A DNA stretch of 64,000 nt, taken from assembly GCA_016187025.1 (NCBI GenBank), contig JACPKM010000001.1, forward strand, positions 320,055-384,054, written 5' to 3'. This stretch comes from Candidatus Daviesbacteria bacterium (GTDB taxonomy: Bacteria; Patescibacteriota; Microgenomatia; Daviesbacterales; UBA10151). The notes beneath the pieces were generated by a model. That model was not told where the DNA came from. It did no database searches and saw only the letters and a program-made list of their open reading frames with translations. This document shows positions 10,571 to 20,319 of the stretch, piece by piece (position 1 is the first letter of the stretch; each line of letters starts with the position of its first letter). The translations under genes were made by a program, and so were the position numbers.

Positions 10571-11542
10571 TTAATCTATTTTAATTGTATTTTCAGGTGA
10601 ACCGTTAATAAAAGAGGTTATATTTGTAATAGTTGTTTCTAATATCCTCATTCTCGCTTCTTTGGTATTAAAGGCAGTATGCGGGGTGATTATTACATTA
10701 TCCATCTCAGCTAACTTTTCGTTTATTTTGGTAATTGGAGCATCTTCTTTGAATGTTTTTTTCTCATCTTCCAAAACATCAAGGGCTGCTCCTGATAAAA
10801 TGTTTTCCTGCAAAGCTTTAAAAAGAGCTTGAGTTTCTACCACTGCACCTCTTGAGGTGTTTACTAAAACAGCACCTTTCTTAATTAAGCCAATATTTTG
10901 TAAGTTTATCAGGTGGTGGGTAGAGGGTAGGTAAGGAACATGAAGGGTGATAATATCAGAGTTTTTTAAAAGCTCCTCTAAGATTACATAAGAAAAATCT
11001 AACTCCTGGGCTAAACTTTTATTAGGAAAAGCATCAAAAGCCAATATTTTCATCCCGAATCCTTTGGCAATTTTGGCTACATTTGCTCCAATTTTCCCTG
11101 TTCCAACCACCCCTAAAGTTTTTCCCTCTAAGTCAAAGCCTTGTAGGTTTTCAAAGCTGAATTTTTTCTCTTGCTTGATTCTATTGTAGGCTTGAGGAAT
11201 TTTCCGGGAAAGACCCAATAAAATTGCAAAAGTAAACTCAGCAACAGTATGCTCTCCATAAGCGGGGATATAACTAACTACAATATTTTTTTCCTTTGCT
11301 GATTTTAAATCTATATGATCATATCCAGTTGTTCTGGTTATAACAATTTTTAGGTTTGGTAATTTTTCCAGTAATTCTTTATCAACTTTTGAATCAGTGT
11401 GGGTAGATAATATCTCAAAATCTGTATTTGGAAGGTTTTGAGCAGTTATCGGTTTATCGGAAAAAAAGAGCTCGTGAGTGTTTAATGCTTGCTCAAAATA
11501 TTCTTTTTCAGTTGGCCTAATTTCAAAAAAACCTACCTTCAT
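10571..11542 (-). CDS. D-isomer-specific 2-hydroxyacid dehydrogenase (LdhA/PGDH-like)
   Basis: NAD-binding GVVGTGKIGANVAKIAKGFGMKILAFD, catalytic-region motifs NTSRGAVV and ITPHTAF. Start placed at the internal Met (MKVGFFEI) because the ORF-track N-terminal extension runs through tRNA-Pro. Confidence 0.75.
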   Translation of the reverse strand: MKVGFFEIRPTEKEYFEQALNTHELFFSDKPITAQNLPNTDFEILSTHTDSKVDKELLEKLPNLKIVITRTTGYDHIDLKSAKEKNIVVSYIPAYGEHTVAEFTFAILLGLSRKIPQAYNRIKQEKKFSFENLQGFDLEGKTLGVVGTGKIGANVAKIAKGFGMKILAFDAFPNKSLAQELDFSYVILEELLKNSDIITLHVPYLPSTHHLINLQNIGLIKKGAVLVNTSRGAVVETQALFKALQENILSGAALDVLEDEKKTFKEDAPITKINEKLAEMDNVIITPHTAFNTKEARMRILETTITNITSFINGSPENTIKID

Positions 11543-11590
11543 ATCAACTAGTATTGTATGGGTACGAATGATAAAATACAACAGGGTTTC

Positions 11591-11663
11591 CGGGGTGTAG
11601 TTCATCGGTAGAACGCTCGGATGGGGTCCGAGAAGCAGCAGGTCCAATTCCTGTCACCCCGAC
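11591..11663 (+). tRNA. tRNA-Pro (anticodon GGG)
   Basis: Hand fold: acceptor CGGGGTG/CACCCCG (C1:G72, A73 as in tRNA-Pro), U8 A9, D-stem GTTC/GAAC, anticodon stem CTCGG/CCGAG, loop AT-GGG-GT, T-arm GCAGG-TCCAATT-CCTGT; no encoded CCA. Confidence 0.75.
11647..11663 (+). repeat. 17-bp direct repeat copy 1 (3' end of tRNA-Pro): ATTCCTGTCACCCCGAC
   Basis: Identical 17-mer recurs at 11790..11806. Confidence 0.9.
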
Positions 11664-11789
11664 TAATTCAATAAGAAACACCAGTTTCGTAATTGAATTA
11701 CCTGGTAGCTGAGAAATTTGACTGCGCTTGTCGCTGTTCAACTTTTTGCGAAGCAAAAAGAAAGGTTAGCGAGCGTAGCGAACGATCTT

Positions 11790-11806
11790 ATTCCTGTCAC
11801 CCCGAC
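11790..11806 (+). repeat. 17-bp direct repeat copy 2 (duplicate of the tRNA-Pro 3' end)
   Basis: Exact match to 11647..11663, 126 bp downstream, in non-coding DNA. Confidence 0.9.
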
Positions 11807-11843
11807 ACTTAGTTAGATACCCTTCTCTATTCCAGATAAATAT

Positions 11844-11857
11844 ATGTATCCATACAT
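11844..11857 (+). promoter_or_regulatory. perfect palindrome ATGTAT-CC-ATACAT upstream of recA (candidate operator)
   Basis: 6-2-6 inverted repeat 59 bp upstream of the recA ATG; the identical 14-mer occurs at 24432..24445. Confidence 0.5.
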
Positions 11858-11883
11858 CAGTACAGGACCTATTTTGGGGTATT

Positions 11884-11911
11884 GACCTTTGGGATATATT
11901 TGGTATATTGA
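11884..11911 (+). promoter_or_regulatory. putative recA promoter (TTGACC-N16-TATATT), giving a very short or absent leader
   Basis: sigma70-like hexamers 5 nt upstream of an ATG that has no SD. Confidence 0.35.
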
Positions 11912-11915
11912 AAAT

Positions 11916-12986
11916 ATGCCTCAAAACGATGATGCCCGAAAAGCTGCGATTGCAGCTGCAATGTCTCAAATTCAAAAACAATATGGTACTGGTTCGATTA
12001 TGAGGTTGGGAGAGAGAGCAGAAAGAATGACCACACAGGTTATACCAACTGGCTCTATCGCTGTAGATTTAGCTTTGGGAGTGGGAGGTTTACCAAAGGG
12101 TAGAATTGTTGAAATCTTTGGTCCTGAGGCTAGCGGAAAGACCTCCCTGGTTCTCCATGTTATAGCAGAAGCACAGAAAAAAGGCGGAGTAGCTGCTTTT
12201 ATTGATGCAGAGCATGCACTGGATCCGCAAAGAGCCCAAAAAATAGGAGTAAACTTAGACGATCTTTTGATCTCTCAACCTGATACAGGTGAACAAGGGT
12301 TAGAGATTGCCGAAGCATTAATCCGCTCTGGTGGAATAGATGTTATAGTAATTGATTCAGTTGCAGCTCTTGTTCCCCGTTCGGAACTAGAAGGAGAAAT
12401 GGGTGAGTCCTCGATTGGTGTGCAAGCAAGGCTTATGTCTCAAGCTCTGAGAAAATTGACTGGAGCGATTGCCAACACCAATACCATTGCAATTTTTACA
12501 AATCAGTTACGTCAAAAAATTGGTGTTATGTTTGGAAATCCAGAGACTACCCCAGGAGGACTGGCCTTGAAATTTTATTCTTCAGTTAGGCTTGATATTA
12601 GAAAAATAGAAAACATTAAAAGCGGTGATCAGGTTGTTGGTTCAAGGCACCGGGTGAAGGTAGTTAAAAACAAGGTCGCTCCCCCATTCAGAATTGCAGA
12701 ATTTGATATGGACGAAAACGGAGTGTCTCATGAGGGAGAGTTGCTGGATATTGGAATAGAACTTGGCATATTAACAAAGTCTGGAGCATTTATTAAATGG
12801 GTTGATAAACTGTTAGGTCAGGGCAGACAGGCAGCAATAGCTTATTTAAAGGAGAATAAAAAGGAAGCAGAAAAGTTAGAAAAAGAAGTTAGAGATGCTT
12901 GGGTAAAACAAAAAGATGGTGAAGAAAATATTGTAGTTGGTAAAGAAGAGGAAGAAGAAATTGCAAAAATAAGTGAAGCTTCTTAA
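11916..12986 (+). CDS. recA: recombinase RecA
   Basis: [24 protein letters not shown]-terminus, Walker [11 protein letters not shown]1/L2 loop regions; start taken at MPQNDD rather than the ORF-track 11889. Confidence 0.9.
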   Translation: MPQNDDARKAAIAAAMSQIQKQYGTGSIMRLGERAERMTTQVIPTGSIAVDLALGVGGLPKGRIVEIFGPEASGKTSLVLHVIAEAQKKGGVAAFIDAEHALDPQRAQKIGVNLDDLLISQPDTGEQGLEIAEALIRSGGIDVIVIDSVAALVPRSELEGEMGESSIGVQARLMSQALRKLTGAIANTNTIAIFTNQLRQKIGVMFGNPETTPGGLALKFYSSVRLDIRKIENIKSGDQVVGSRHRVKVVKNKVAPPFRIAEFDMDENGVSHEGELLDIGIELGILTKSGAFIKWVDKLLGQGRQAAIAYLKENKKEAEKLEKEVRDAWVKQKDGEENIVVGKEEEEEIAKISEAS

Positions 12987-13627
12987 TGCCAAAGATTACT
13001 GCAGTAGAACAGCAAAAGGAAAGCAAGTATAGATTTAATATTTTTTTGGATGGAGTGTTTGCCTTTGGAGCAGATGAGGATTTGGTGGTGGAGCACAGAC
13101 TGGTGATTGGAAAATTAATTGATACTCCCCTTTTGGAAAAACTTTTATTCGAAGCAGAGGTTGGAAAACTAATGGAAAGAATGTATAGGCTCTGGAATAT
13201 AAGGCCAAGAAGCGAAAGAGAGGTCAGGAATTACTTCAGAATCAAGGGAAAAGAATTGATTAGCGAGCTGGCAGTGGAGCTTGTTATAAAAAAATTAAAA
13301 CAAAAAGGACTGTTAAATGATGAGGCATTTGCCAAAGCTTGGATAGAACAACGCCGCCGGAGTAAAAAAAAGGGCAAGATTGCTCTTAAGGCAGAACTTT
13401 TTCAAAAGGGAGTAGATAAAAAAATAATTGAAGAGGCTTTAGAAGAAAAAACATCTGAAGAAAGCGAGGAGGAGTTGGCAATGCAAGTTTTAGGAAAGAA
13501 AGCATATAGATGGCAGTCTCTTTCATACTTGGAAAAAAAGAAGAAAGCTTATGAATATTTAACAAGGCAAGGCTTTGATTATGAGATAATTTCCGAGACG
13601 ATTGAAAAATTACTTAAAAAAGGGTAA
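12986..13627 (+). CDS. recX: RecA regulator RecX
   Basis: 213 aa helical-repeat protein overlapping the recA stop; RecX-like repeats (EAFAKAWIEQRRRSKKKG). Confidence 0.7.
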   Translation: MPKITAVEQQKESKYRFNIFLDGVFAFGADEDLVVEHRLVIGKLIDTPLLEKLLFEAEVGKLMERMYRLWNIRPRSEREVRNYFRIKGKELISELAVELVIKKLKQKGLLNDEAFAKAWIEQRRRSKKKGKIALKAELFQKGVDKKIIEEALEEKTSEESEEELAMQVLGKKAYRWQSLSYLEKKKKAYEYLTRQGFDYEIISETIEKLLKKG

Positions 13628-13654
13628 AATACAATCCGGAGATTAGAAGTTTGA

Positions 13655-13690
13655 GGAATTAAACTATGAATAACATTAATTCTTTTTTCT
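13655..13690 (+). terminator. rho-independent terminator after recX
   Basis: Stem AGGAATTAA / TTAATTCTT followed by TTTTTT. Confidence 0.55.
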
Positions 13691-13745
13691 CAGTAGTACC
13701 TCAAGGCCAAATCTAGGTTTGGTTTTCTAACTTCCACAAAAATTA

Positions 13746-15095
13746 ATGCAAAGAACTTTTGGTCCAAAATCTACTGTCTCTTCAACTACCCCGTCTTCTG
13801 ATGGAGACTTCCTGGGACGTGAAGCAGAACTTGCCAAGCGGGAAGGAATATTAGAAGAAAGAGAAAGGCAGTTAGAAGAAAAAGCAAGATTACTTGAAGA
13901 AAAACTACAAAAGTCAGAAAGCGTTAGAAAAGAGCTGGTTGAGAGGTTAGAAAAGGTTTCAAAAATATCAGCAGGTGAAGCACAAAAGCTTCTACTGGAA
14001 AGTATCGAAAAAGATTTAGCAGCAGAAATTTCCAAAAAGATTAGAGAAGCAGATGAAGAAATCAAACTGCAAGCTGACGAAAAAGCAAAGCAGATTTTAG
14101 CCGATAGCATGCTTCATGGAGTAACAGATTATATCGCTGAGTTTACCACCTCCAGAGTTACTCTTGCTGATGAGGAAATGAAAGGAAGGATTATTGGTAA
14201 AGAGGGTAGGAATATCCGGACCTTTGAGCAGGTTACCGGAGTAGAGGTTTTAATGGATGAAGATACCCCAAATGTTTTAATTATTTCATCATTTGATCCA
14301 GTCAGAAGAGAAATTGCCAAAGTCTCTTTGGCAAAACTTATGGCAGATGGAAGAATCCAGCCTCAAAGAATTGAAGAAATTGTTGAAAAGACTAAAGAAG
14401 ATATAGAAAAGCTGATGTTCCAGGCAGGTGAGAAACTTTGTCATGAAGTCGGGGTATATAACATGCCATTTGAGGCCATTGCCCTTTTGGGAAGGTTTAA
14501 GTACCGCTATTCTTACGGGCAGAATATGATCCAGCACACTTTAGAAGAGACTCAAATCGGTGTAGAAATTGCACGTCAAATCGGTGCTGATGTGAATGTG
14601 GTCAAACTTGGATGTTTGCTTCATGATATTGGAAAAGTTTTAACAGATTGGGACGAAGGAACACATGTTGAAAGAGGGGTACAATTTGCCAAGAAATTTG
14701 GTTTTCCTGAAAAAGTTATCAATTGTATTGCTGAGCACCACGAAGATCAACCTTTTTCGGCCGTTGAATCAATTTGTGTCTATCTTGGAGATGCTATCTC
14801 AGGTGGTAGACCAGGTGCAAGACGGGAAAATGTTCAAGATTACATAAAAAGATTATCAGATATTGAAAGAGTTGCCACCTCATTTGATGGTGTTGAAAGA
14901 GCATTTGCTGTGCAAGCAGGCAGAGAGGTGAGAGTAATTGTGATGCCGGATAAAGTATCTGATGAGGAGCTACCAAAACTTGTTCATGATATAGGATCAC
15001 AAATTCAAAAAGAAGTAATGGTTCCTGGTGCTGTAAAAATTACTGCTGTTAGGGAAACCCGGGCCACAGAATCATTTCTCACCTCTGGAAGCTAA
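13746..15095 (+). CDS. rny: ribonuclease Y (coiled-coil + KH + HD domains; no obvious N-terminal TM)
   Basis: KH region GRIIGKEGRNIRTFEQVTGV and HD motif LLHDIGK. Confidence 0.8.
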   Translation: MQRTFGPKSTVSSTTPSSDGDFLGREAELAKREGILEERERQLEEKARLLEEKLQKSESVRKELVERLEKVSKISAGEAQKLLLESIEKDLAAEISKKIREADEEIKLQADEKAKQILADSMLHGVTDYIAEFTTSRVTLADEEMKGRIIGKEGRNIRTFEQVTGVEVLMDEDTPNVLIISSFDPVRREIAKVSLAKLMADGRIQPQRIEEIVEKTKEDIEKLMFQAGEKLCHEVGVYNMPFEAIALLGRFKYRYSYGQNMIQHTLEETQIGVEIARQIGADVNVVKLGCLLHDIGKVLTDWDEGTHVERGVQFAKKFGFPEKVINCIAEHHEDQPFSAVESICVYLGDAISGGRPGARRENVQDYIKRLSDIERVATSFDGVERAFAVQAGREVRVIVMPDKVSDEELPKLVHDIGSQIQKEVMVPGAVKITAVRETRATESFLTSGS

Positions 15096-16481
15096 TTTTT
15101 GAAAGATTATCAGACTTCCCTGTCTTTTATAAACTATATAAGAAGGTGAATTTTCTAAAAACTTAATTCTTTTAACAAGATCAACTTTTGATATAGGATA
15201 ACTGTCCAGATTTGAGTCCAATACCACATACTCTGCATTACCTATTTCAGGAAACATAAAGATGGTTTTTCTGTTTGCCAAGTGAGGAGCAATAGTGGTT
15301 TGGGCAGAAATAGGAGAATCTTTAGGCAGGTCATTGATAGATTTATTTATGTAGTTGTAGTCTGAAGATTTAATCTGTAAAGAGTTCAAGACATTAAAAA
15401 ACATAAAGTTTGTAGAGATTAAGTTAATGACAAAAAAGGTAAACAAAAATAGATAGCTAAATCTTTTAGATAGGTTAAACCTGGTAATTACCATCACAGT
15501 TCCTATTAGTAAAAATGGCAAAAATATAGCGTTGTTGTGAAACTCACTACCCCAAAGATAAATTAAATTAGAGCTAAAACGGAGATATAGAAAGGGCAAT
15601 ATTGTGACAAAGGCAAAAGGGCTCAAAACAGGAAAATAGGCAAATTGCTTAAAGGTTTCATCCAGAGTGGCAAGCTTTATGGATGAGTTGGTCATTTGAC
15701 TTATTAAGATATCCGGCCTGCTGATTAAAAGAGACAGCATATCCAGAGGGTTAGTTAAAGGCAGATTAGATGTCTGGATATAACCATCCTGGGCTGATGG
15801 CCAGAAAAATGGCATAAGAACAAATTTAATAAGATAGAAAAGTAAAGAAGATAGAAACATAGTAGATACGCCTAATCTAAACTCTTTTTGAAACAGCTGG
15901 TAAACTCCTATTCCAAAAATATAGAAGGCAGCCTCTTCCTTAAAAAGAAAACAGAGCAAAAAAGAAAACCAATAAAGATATGTTTTTTTAAAATGCCAAC
16001 TATAAAGTAGTAAAGACAGGGGTAGCAGTGACATTGTCCCCGGATGAAAGTCAAAATTAACCGCTCTTAACAAAAGCGGTGAAGTTGCGTAAATTACTAC
16101 AAGAAGCAGGCTTAAGATCTGGTTTTTAATCTTGTCTTTAGCAACAAAATATAGTGGGATTATGCTAAGTCCTGTAAATAGTGATTGTAAAAACAGCAAA
16201 AAAACAGGGGATGGAAATAGTTTATAAAGTGGGGAAATAAAAAAAAGTATAGGATCAAAATGATCCCCTAAAATTACCATTTTTTTAAACGTGCTATAAG
16301 GTAGTTCTCCTTGACTGTACAAATAAGTAGCCTGAGTAAAGATTCCTAAATCAAGAGCGTGAGAGTTGAAGTTTAGGTGCCTGTTTATAGAATGGACAGA
16401 ATAAATCAATATAAATAAAACTGATAAAAGAATTACTGCCAGATATGGGGAGTGGGTAAATAAAATGAGCTTTTTAAACAT
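15072..16481 (-). CDS. DUF2079-like polytopic membrane protein (GT-C-like putative glycosyltransferase)
   Basis: 469 aa, more than 10 TM helices, conserved LDLGIFTQ and GDHFDP motifs. Confidence 0.45.
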   Translation of the reverse strand: MFKKLILFTHSPYLAVILLSVLFILIYSVHSINRHLNFNSHALDLGIFTQATYLYSQGELPYSTFKKMVILGDHFDPILFFISPLYKLFPSPVFLLFLQSLFTGLSIIPLYFVAKDKIKNQILSLLLVVIYATSPLLLRAVNFDFHPGTMSLLPLSLLLYSWHFKKTYLYWFSFLLCFLFKEEAAFYIFGIGVYQLFQKEFRLGVSTMFLSSLLFYLIKFVLMPFFWPSAQDGYIQTSNLPLTNPLDMLSLLISRPDILISQMTNSSIKLATLDETFKQFAYFPVLSPFAFVTILPFLYLRFSSNLIYLWGSEFHNNAIFLPFLLIGTVMVITRFNLSKRFSYLFLFTFFVINLISTNFMFFNVLNSLQIKSSDYNYINKSINDLPKDSPISAQTTIAPHLANRKTIFMFPEIGNAEYVVLDSNLDSYPISKVDLVKRIKFLENSPSYIVYKRQGSLIIFQKLASRGEK

Positions 16482-16672
16482 TTTTCAAAGATATTTAAAA
16501 CTATTTTGATAGCTAAAGCAACTACAGGCTTAGGAGGGCTAAAAAAGGTCTTTACAAGTGGGGGAAGTTTTGGTAAGTTATTGCAGGTATGACAAAGAAT
16601 ATGATCCAACCTAAATTATTGTAATGAATTTACTATAGTTGTCGGTTCATCGTATTTTTTGCAATATTTCAT

Positions 16673-16945
16673 ATGACAAAAAATGAACTAATTGAAAAAG
16701 TAGCTAAAAAATCATCATTAACCAAAAGGGCAGCCTCAGACGCGGTAAATGCTACTTTTAACCTGATTAAAGATTCATTAGTAAGAGGAGAAAAGGTGGT
16801 TATAACAGGCTTTGGAACTTTTTTAATTAGATCACGGGCTGCCAGAAGAGGTAGAAACCCCCAGACAGGAGAGACTATTCAGATCCCTAACAAAAAGACT
16901 CCGGGATTTACTGCCGGAAAAACCATTAAGAGACTGATTAAGTAA
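16673..16945 (+). CDS. hup: DNA-binding protein HU
   Basis: 90 aa HU/IHF fold: GFGTF...RNPQTGE..IP signature. Confidence 0.85.
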   Translation: MTKNELIEKVAKKSSLTKRAASDAVNATFNLIKDSLVRGEKVVITGFGTFLIRSRAARRGRNPQTGETIQIPNKKTPGFTAGKTIKRLIK

Positions 16946-17018
16946 TTATCCTTCCGTGCTACCGTTGCTTTTTTGTTCAATTTAGAGTATATAAAAGATT
17001 AGGATAAAGAAAGTAAAA

Positions 17019-18422
17019 TTGGTGGTTAAAATCAAGAAAAAGATACTTGCTCTCATCTCCATTTTATGTCTGCTTTTTAACCAAGTTTTGGCAGTTCCTC
17101 TAGTATTTGCACAGGAAGCTTCACCTTCTGCCCAAGTGGTTACGCTAGAATCCCCGTCTAGTCTTGCAACTTCCTCAGCAGAGCTTACGGAAAGCCCAAC
17201 TCCTCAACCCAGCCCGTCATCTACCCCCGCTCCAACCTCAAATTGGCAGGATGTAGTAGATAATATGACAACTACTAAAGACAGTGTAGTTTTGGATCAC
17301 CTGTATACAGCTCCTCAAAACTCTAAGGTCACCTTAAAATTTAATAAGCTGCCTGAAAATAAAGGCAAATTAACTATTAAAGAAGTTACTTTAACAGATG
17401 AGCAGGTTAACCAAACTAAAGCTTTGTCAAAAACCGCTTATGACATATCATCTGATATGGAAAATGGCACTTTTGAATATACCCTAACTCTGCCCACTCC
17501 CAAAACAGATAATGTGGAAGTTAAAGCTTCAGAAGACGGCCAAACTTTTGTCACCTTAGGTGGAGTGAGCGCCCAAACAGACACTTTAACCATCACCGGC
17601 CTCAACCATTTTACTCTGTTTGTAGTTTCAAATCCTACTGCCTCCTCAAATGGGCAGAATAGCGAAATTGGAACAACTAACTGGACGTCAACTAATAAGG
17701 TTTACTCTAATGATAGTCAATATGCCACAGCAACTTTGAATAATGAAACCTCTAATTACCTTAAAGCAAGGGATTATAATTTTGCTATTCCTGCTGATGC
17801 AATCATTATTGGTATAACTGTCAACATAGATAAATTTTGCACAGGAGCTAGTTGCAAAGATGCTTCTGTTAAACTAATAAAAGGCGGAACAGTTAGCGGA
17901 GACGATAAAGCAGACACTTTAACTGACTATCCCACTACAGATACTTATAAAAGTTATGGAGGAAGATCTGATCTTTGGGGTTTAATCTGGACCCCTTCAG
18001 ACATTAATAATGCAAATTTTGGTGTAGCCTTTGCCTCTCGAAATCAAACAAGTCAAAACAGAACAGTTAATGTGGACCATGTCAAAGTCGAGATTGCGTA
18101 CGACCGCCCACCAGTTGCCACTACCGACAGTGCTACTACTCCTGAAGATACCCCAGTTTCTGTGGCAGTTTTGGCCAATGATACGGATGCGGACGGTGAT
18201 GCTTTATCTCTTTCTTCAGTTAGCAATGCAGTTAATGGATCTGTGACTATTGATGGATCAAATGCTGTTTTTACACCGGCTGCCAATTTTAATGGGGCGG
18301 CCAGTTTTGAATATACAGTTAGCGATGGAGAATTAACTGCTACAGGTACAGCCAATGTTGATGTGGCGGCAGTCAATGATACACCGGTAGCTAACGCCGA
18401 TTCTGCCCAACTCAATCAATGA
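17019..18422 (+). CDS. giant surface adhesin-like protein, segment 1 of 3 (signal peptide, Ser/Thr/Pro-rich linker, cadherin/VCBS-like repeats)
   Basis: N-terminal signal peptide (KKKILALISILCLLFNQVLA), STPAP-rich stalk, Ca-binding-type repeat DTDADGDALSL; the protein continues in the +1 frame from ~18421. Confidence 0.6.
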   Translation: MVVKIKKKILALISILCLLFNQVLAVPLVFAQEASPSAQVVTLESPSSLATSSAELTESPTPQPSPSSTPAPTSNWQDVVDNMTTTKDSVVLDHLYTAPQNSKVTLKFNKLPENKGKLTIKEVTLTDEQVNQTKALSKTAYDISSDMENGTFEYTLTLPTPKTDNVEVKASEDGQTFVTLGGVSAQTDTLTITGLNHFTLFVVSNPTASSNGQNSEIGTTNWTSTNKVYSNDSQYATATLNNETSNYLKARDYNFAIPADAIIIGITVNIDKFCTGASCKDASVKLIKGGTVSGDDKADTLTDYPTTDTYKSYGGRSDLWGLIWTPSDINNANFGVAFASRNQTSQNRTVNVDHVKVEIAYDRPPVATTDSATTPEDTPVSVAVLANDTDADGDALSLSSVSNAVNGSVTIDGSNAVFTPAANFNGAASFEYTVSDGELTATGTANVDVAAVNDTPVANADSAQLNQ

Positions 18423-20319
18423 CCGGCCCTTATTTGATGCCATTGCCAACCAAAATGTCAATGAAGATGCCCCCGCGCAAAATGTCGCAACTACCAATAT
18501 TGCCCCTGGTCCTGCGACTGCTACAGATGAATCAGGCCAGACAGTTACTATGTCTGTCTCATCCAGCAATACTGCGTTGATCCCCCATCCCTCTGTTTCC
18601 GGCTCCGGCGCTACCAGAACGCTAACCTACACACCTGTTGCCAATACCAGCGGTACAGCTACTATTACCGTGACTGCCACTGACAATGGCACTCCAAACG
18701 CCAATTTTTCCCGCACCTTCGATATTACTGTTAATCCCGTTAATGACTCTCCAACAATTACCCTCACCAGCCCTAATGGAGGGGAAACTTGGTTTGGCGG
18801 CAGTTCCCACGATATCACCTGGAATGCTTCAGATGTAGATAATGAAAGCAATACTTTAATAATTAATCTTTTCTACACTACAAATGGAACCGATTTTACA
18901 TCGATTGTTACTGGATTGAGCAATAGTAGTACATATACCTGGAATCCTGTTGCTTCTTTGGATTCATCAACTGTTAAAATTAAAGCAACTGCAACGGACC
19001 TAGATAGCCCAATAGGGACAGACTTATCTGATGCTAACTTCACTATTGATTCAACTGCCCCAATCCTGAGAGAAGTAACCCCTGTCACCAGCCCAACCAA
19101 TAACACCAGCCCTGAGTATACCTTTAATTCCTCGGAGGCAGGTACGCTGAATGTAGCTGGCGAACGCGATAATTGCAGTACTTCGAATATTGGAGCAGAA
19201 GCCGGCAATAATACTATCACCCTGGATTTGGCGGATGACGGTGTATACAACGACTGTACTGTTTCTGTAACTGATGCTGCCGGAAATACCGGCACTCTGA
19301 CTATTTCAACTTTTACCATTGACACAGAGCAGCCCAATACAGAAGAGCTTAATCTAACAGTTGAACCAATCTATAACAGCCACTATGTCAAAGAGGCTGT
19401 CACAGTGTCAGCAAATGTAACTGATAATGTAGGTGTTACTAGTGTTAATTTTAGAATTTATGATTATGATAACGGCACGGAGGAAGACGACCCCTCTTGT
19501 ACTGATGTTCAAGCCCCTTGGTCCTGCCAGATAGACACGACCTCTCTTTCAGAAGACCCAAACTATGATATAGAGGTAAAAGCTACCGATACCGCAGGCA
19601 ATGTCTCTTTTGGTTATTATGTGGGTGAGGGTAGTAATTATATATACGTGGACAACACCAAGCCCACAAATGTTACCGTTGCTGATTCAGGCATAAAAAC
19701 TGCCAATCCTAACTTAACCTTTACCTGGCCGGCTGTTGAAGAAGACGGTTCAGGTATATCCTTTTACCAATTCTGGCTTTCCACCGCCACTGGCGTAGAT
19801 TTTGCCGGAAATGTAGCTAACACTAATATTTCCAGTTGGAGTGACGGGATTACTTACGACGTGGGCACAATTATTATCAAAAAGGACAGCATTCCGGATG
19901 ATGCGCAAGACTTCGCATTCACCCGCAGTTTTGGGACGAACTTTTCTTTAGATGATGACACCGACAATACACTTTCTAATACAGCCACATTTTCTACTGT
20001 TGAGTCGGGATCATATACAGTCACAGAAAATGAAGTAGGTGGATGGAGTCTGACTGGCCTCTCCTGCCAGGATCCTGACAACGGATCAAGCATAAATTTA
20101 ACAGAGCGTACAGCCACCATTGACCTTGATGCCGGTGAAACCATCACCTGCACCTTTACCAATACTAAATTAGGTTCAATTTCCGGGATGAAATTTGAGG
20201 ACATGAATGGCAATGGAGTAAAAGAGGCCAGCGATTCAGGCCGTTTAGGTTGGACAGTCAACTTAAGCGGTGAAGCTTCTGCCTCAGCCACCACCAGTAA
20301 CAGTGGTAATTACAATTGA
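18421..20319 (+). CDS. giant adhesin segment 2 of 3 (frame +1 relative to segment 1; Ig-like and Cna-B-like domains)
   Basis: The open frame upstream of the annotated Met reads DRPLFDAIANQNVNEDAPAQNV (repeat-like); contains a Cna-B/SdrD-type motif GSISGMKFEDMNGNGVKEASDSGRLGWTVNLSGE. Confidence 0.55.
   Translation, partial: DRPLFDAIANQNVNEDAPAQNVATTNIAPGPATATDESGQTVTMSVSSSNTALIPHPSVSGSGATRTLTYTPVANTSGTATITVTATDNGTPNANFSRTFDITVNPVNDSPTITLTSPNGGETWFGGSSHDITWNASDVDNESNTLIINLFYTTNGTDFTSIVTGLSNSSTYTWNPVASLDSSTVKIKATATDLDSPIGTDLSDANFTIDSTAPILREVTPVTSPTNNTSPEYTFNSSEAGTLNVAGERDNCSTSNIGAEAGNNTITLDLADDGVYNDCTVSVTDAAGNTGTLTISTFTIDTEQPNTEELNLTVEPIYNSHYVKEAVTVSANVTDNVGVTSVNFRIYDYDNGTEEDDPSCTDVQAPWSCQIDTTSLSEDPNYDIEVKATDTAGNVSFGYYVGEGSNYIYVDNTKPTNVTVADSGIKTANPNLTFTWPAVEEDGSGISFYQFWLSTATGVDFAGNVANTNISSWSDGITYDVGTIIIKKDSIPDDAQDFAFTRSFGTNFSLDDDTDNTLSNTATFSTVESGSYTVTENEVGGWSLTGLSCQDPDNGSSINLTERTATIDLDAGETITCTFTNTKLGSISGMKFEDMNGNGVKEASDSGRLGWTVNLSGEASASATTSNSGNYN

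Noticed and set aside
11543-11647. N-terminal 35-aa extension of the 2-hydroxyacid dehydrogenase ORF (MDLLLLGPHPSV...)
   Set aside because: It runs antisense through the tRNA-Pro gene and is not dehydrogenase-like; the protein family begins at the internal Met (MKVGFFEI).
11844-11857. Canonical LexA/SOS box upstream of recA
   Set aside because: The palindrome has a TGT-N6-ACA core, not CTGT-N8-ACAG or the Cheo box, and no lexA is in the window. It is kept only as an unassigned operator candidate.
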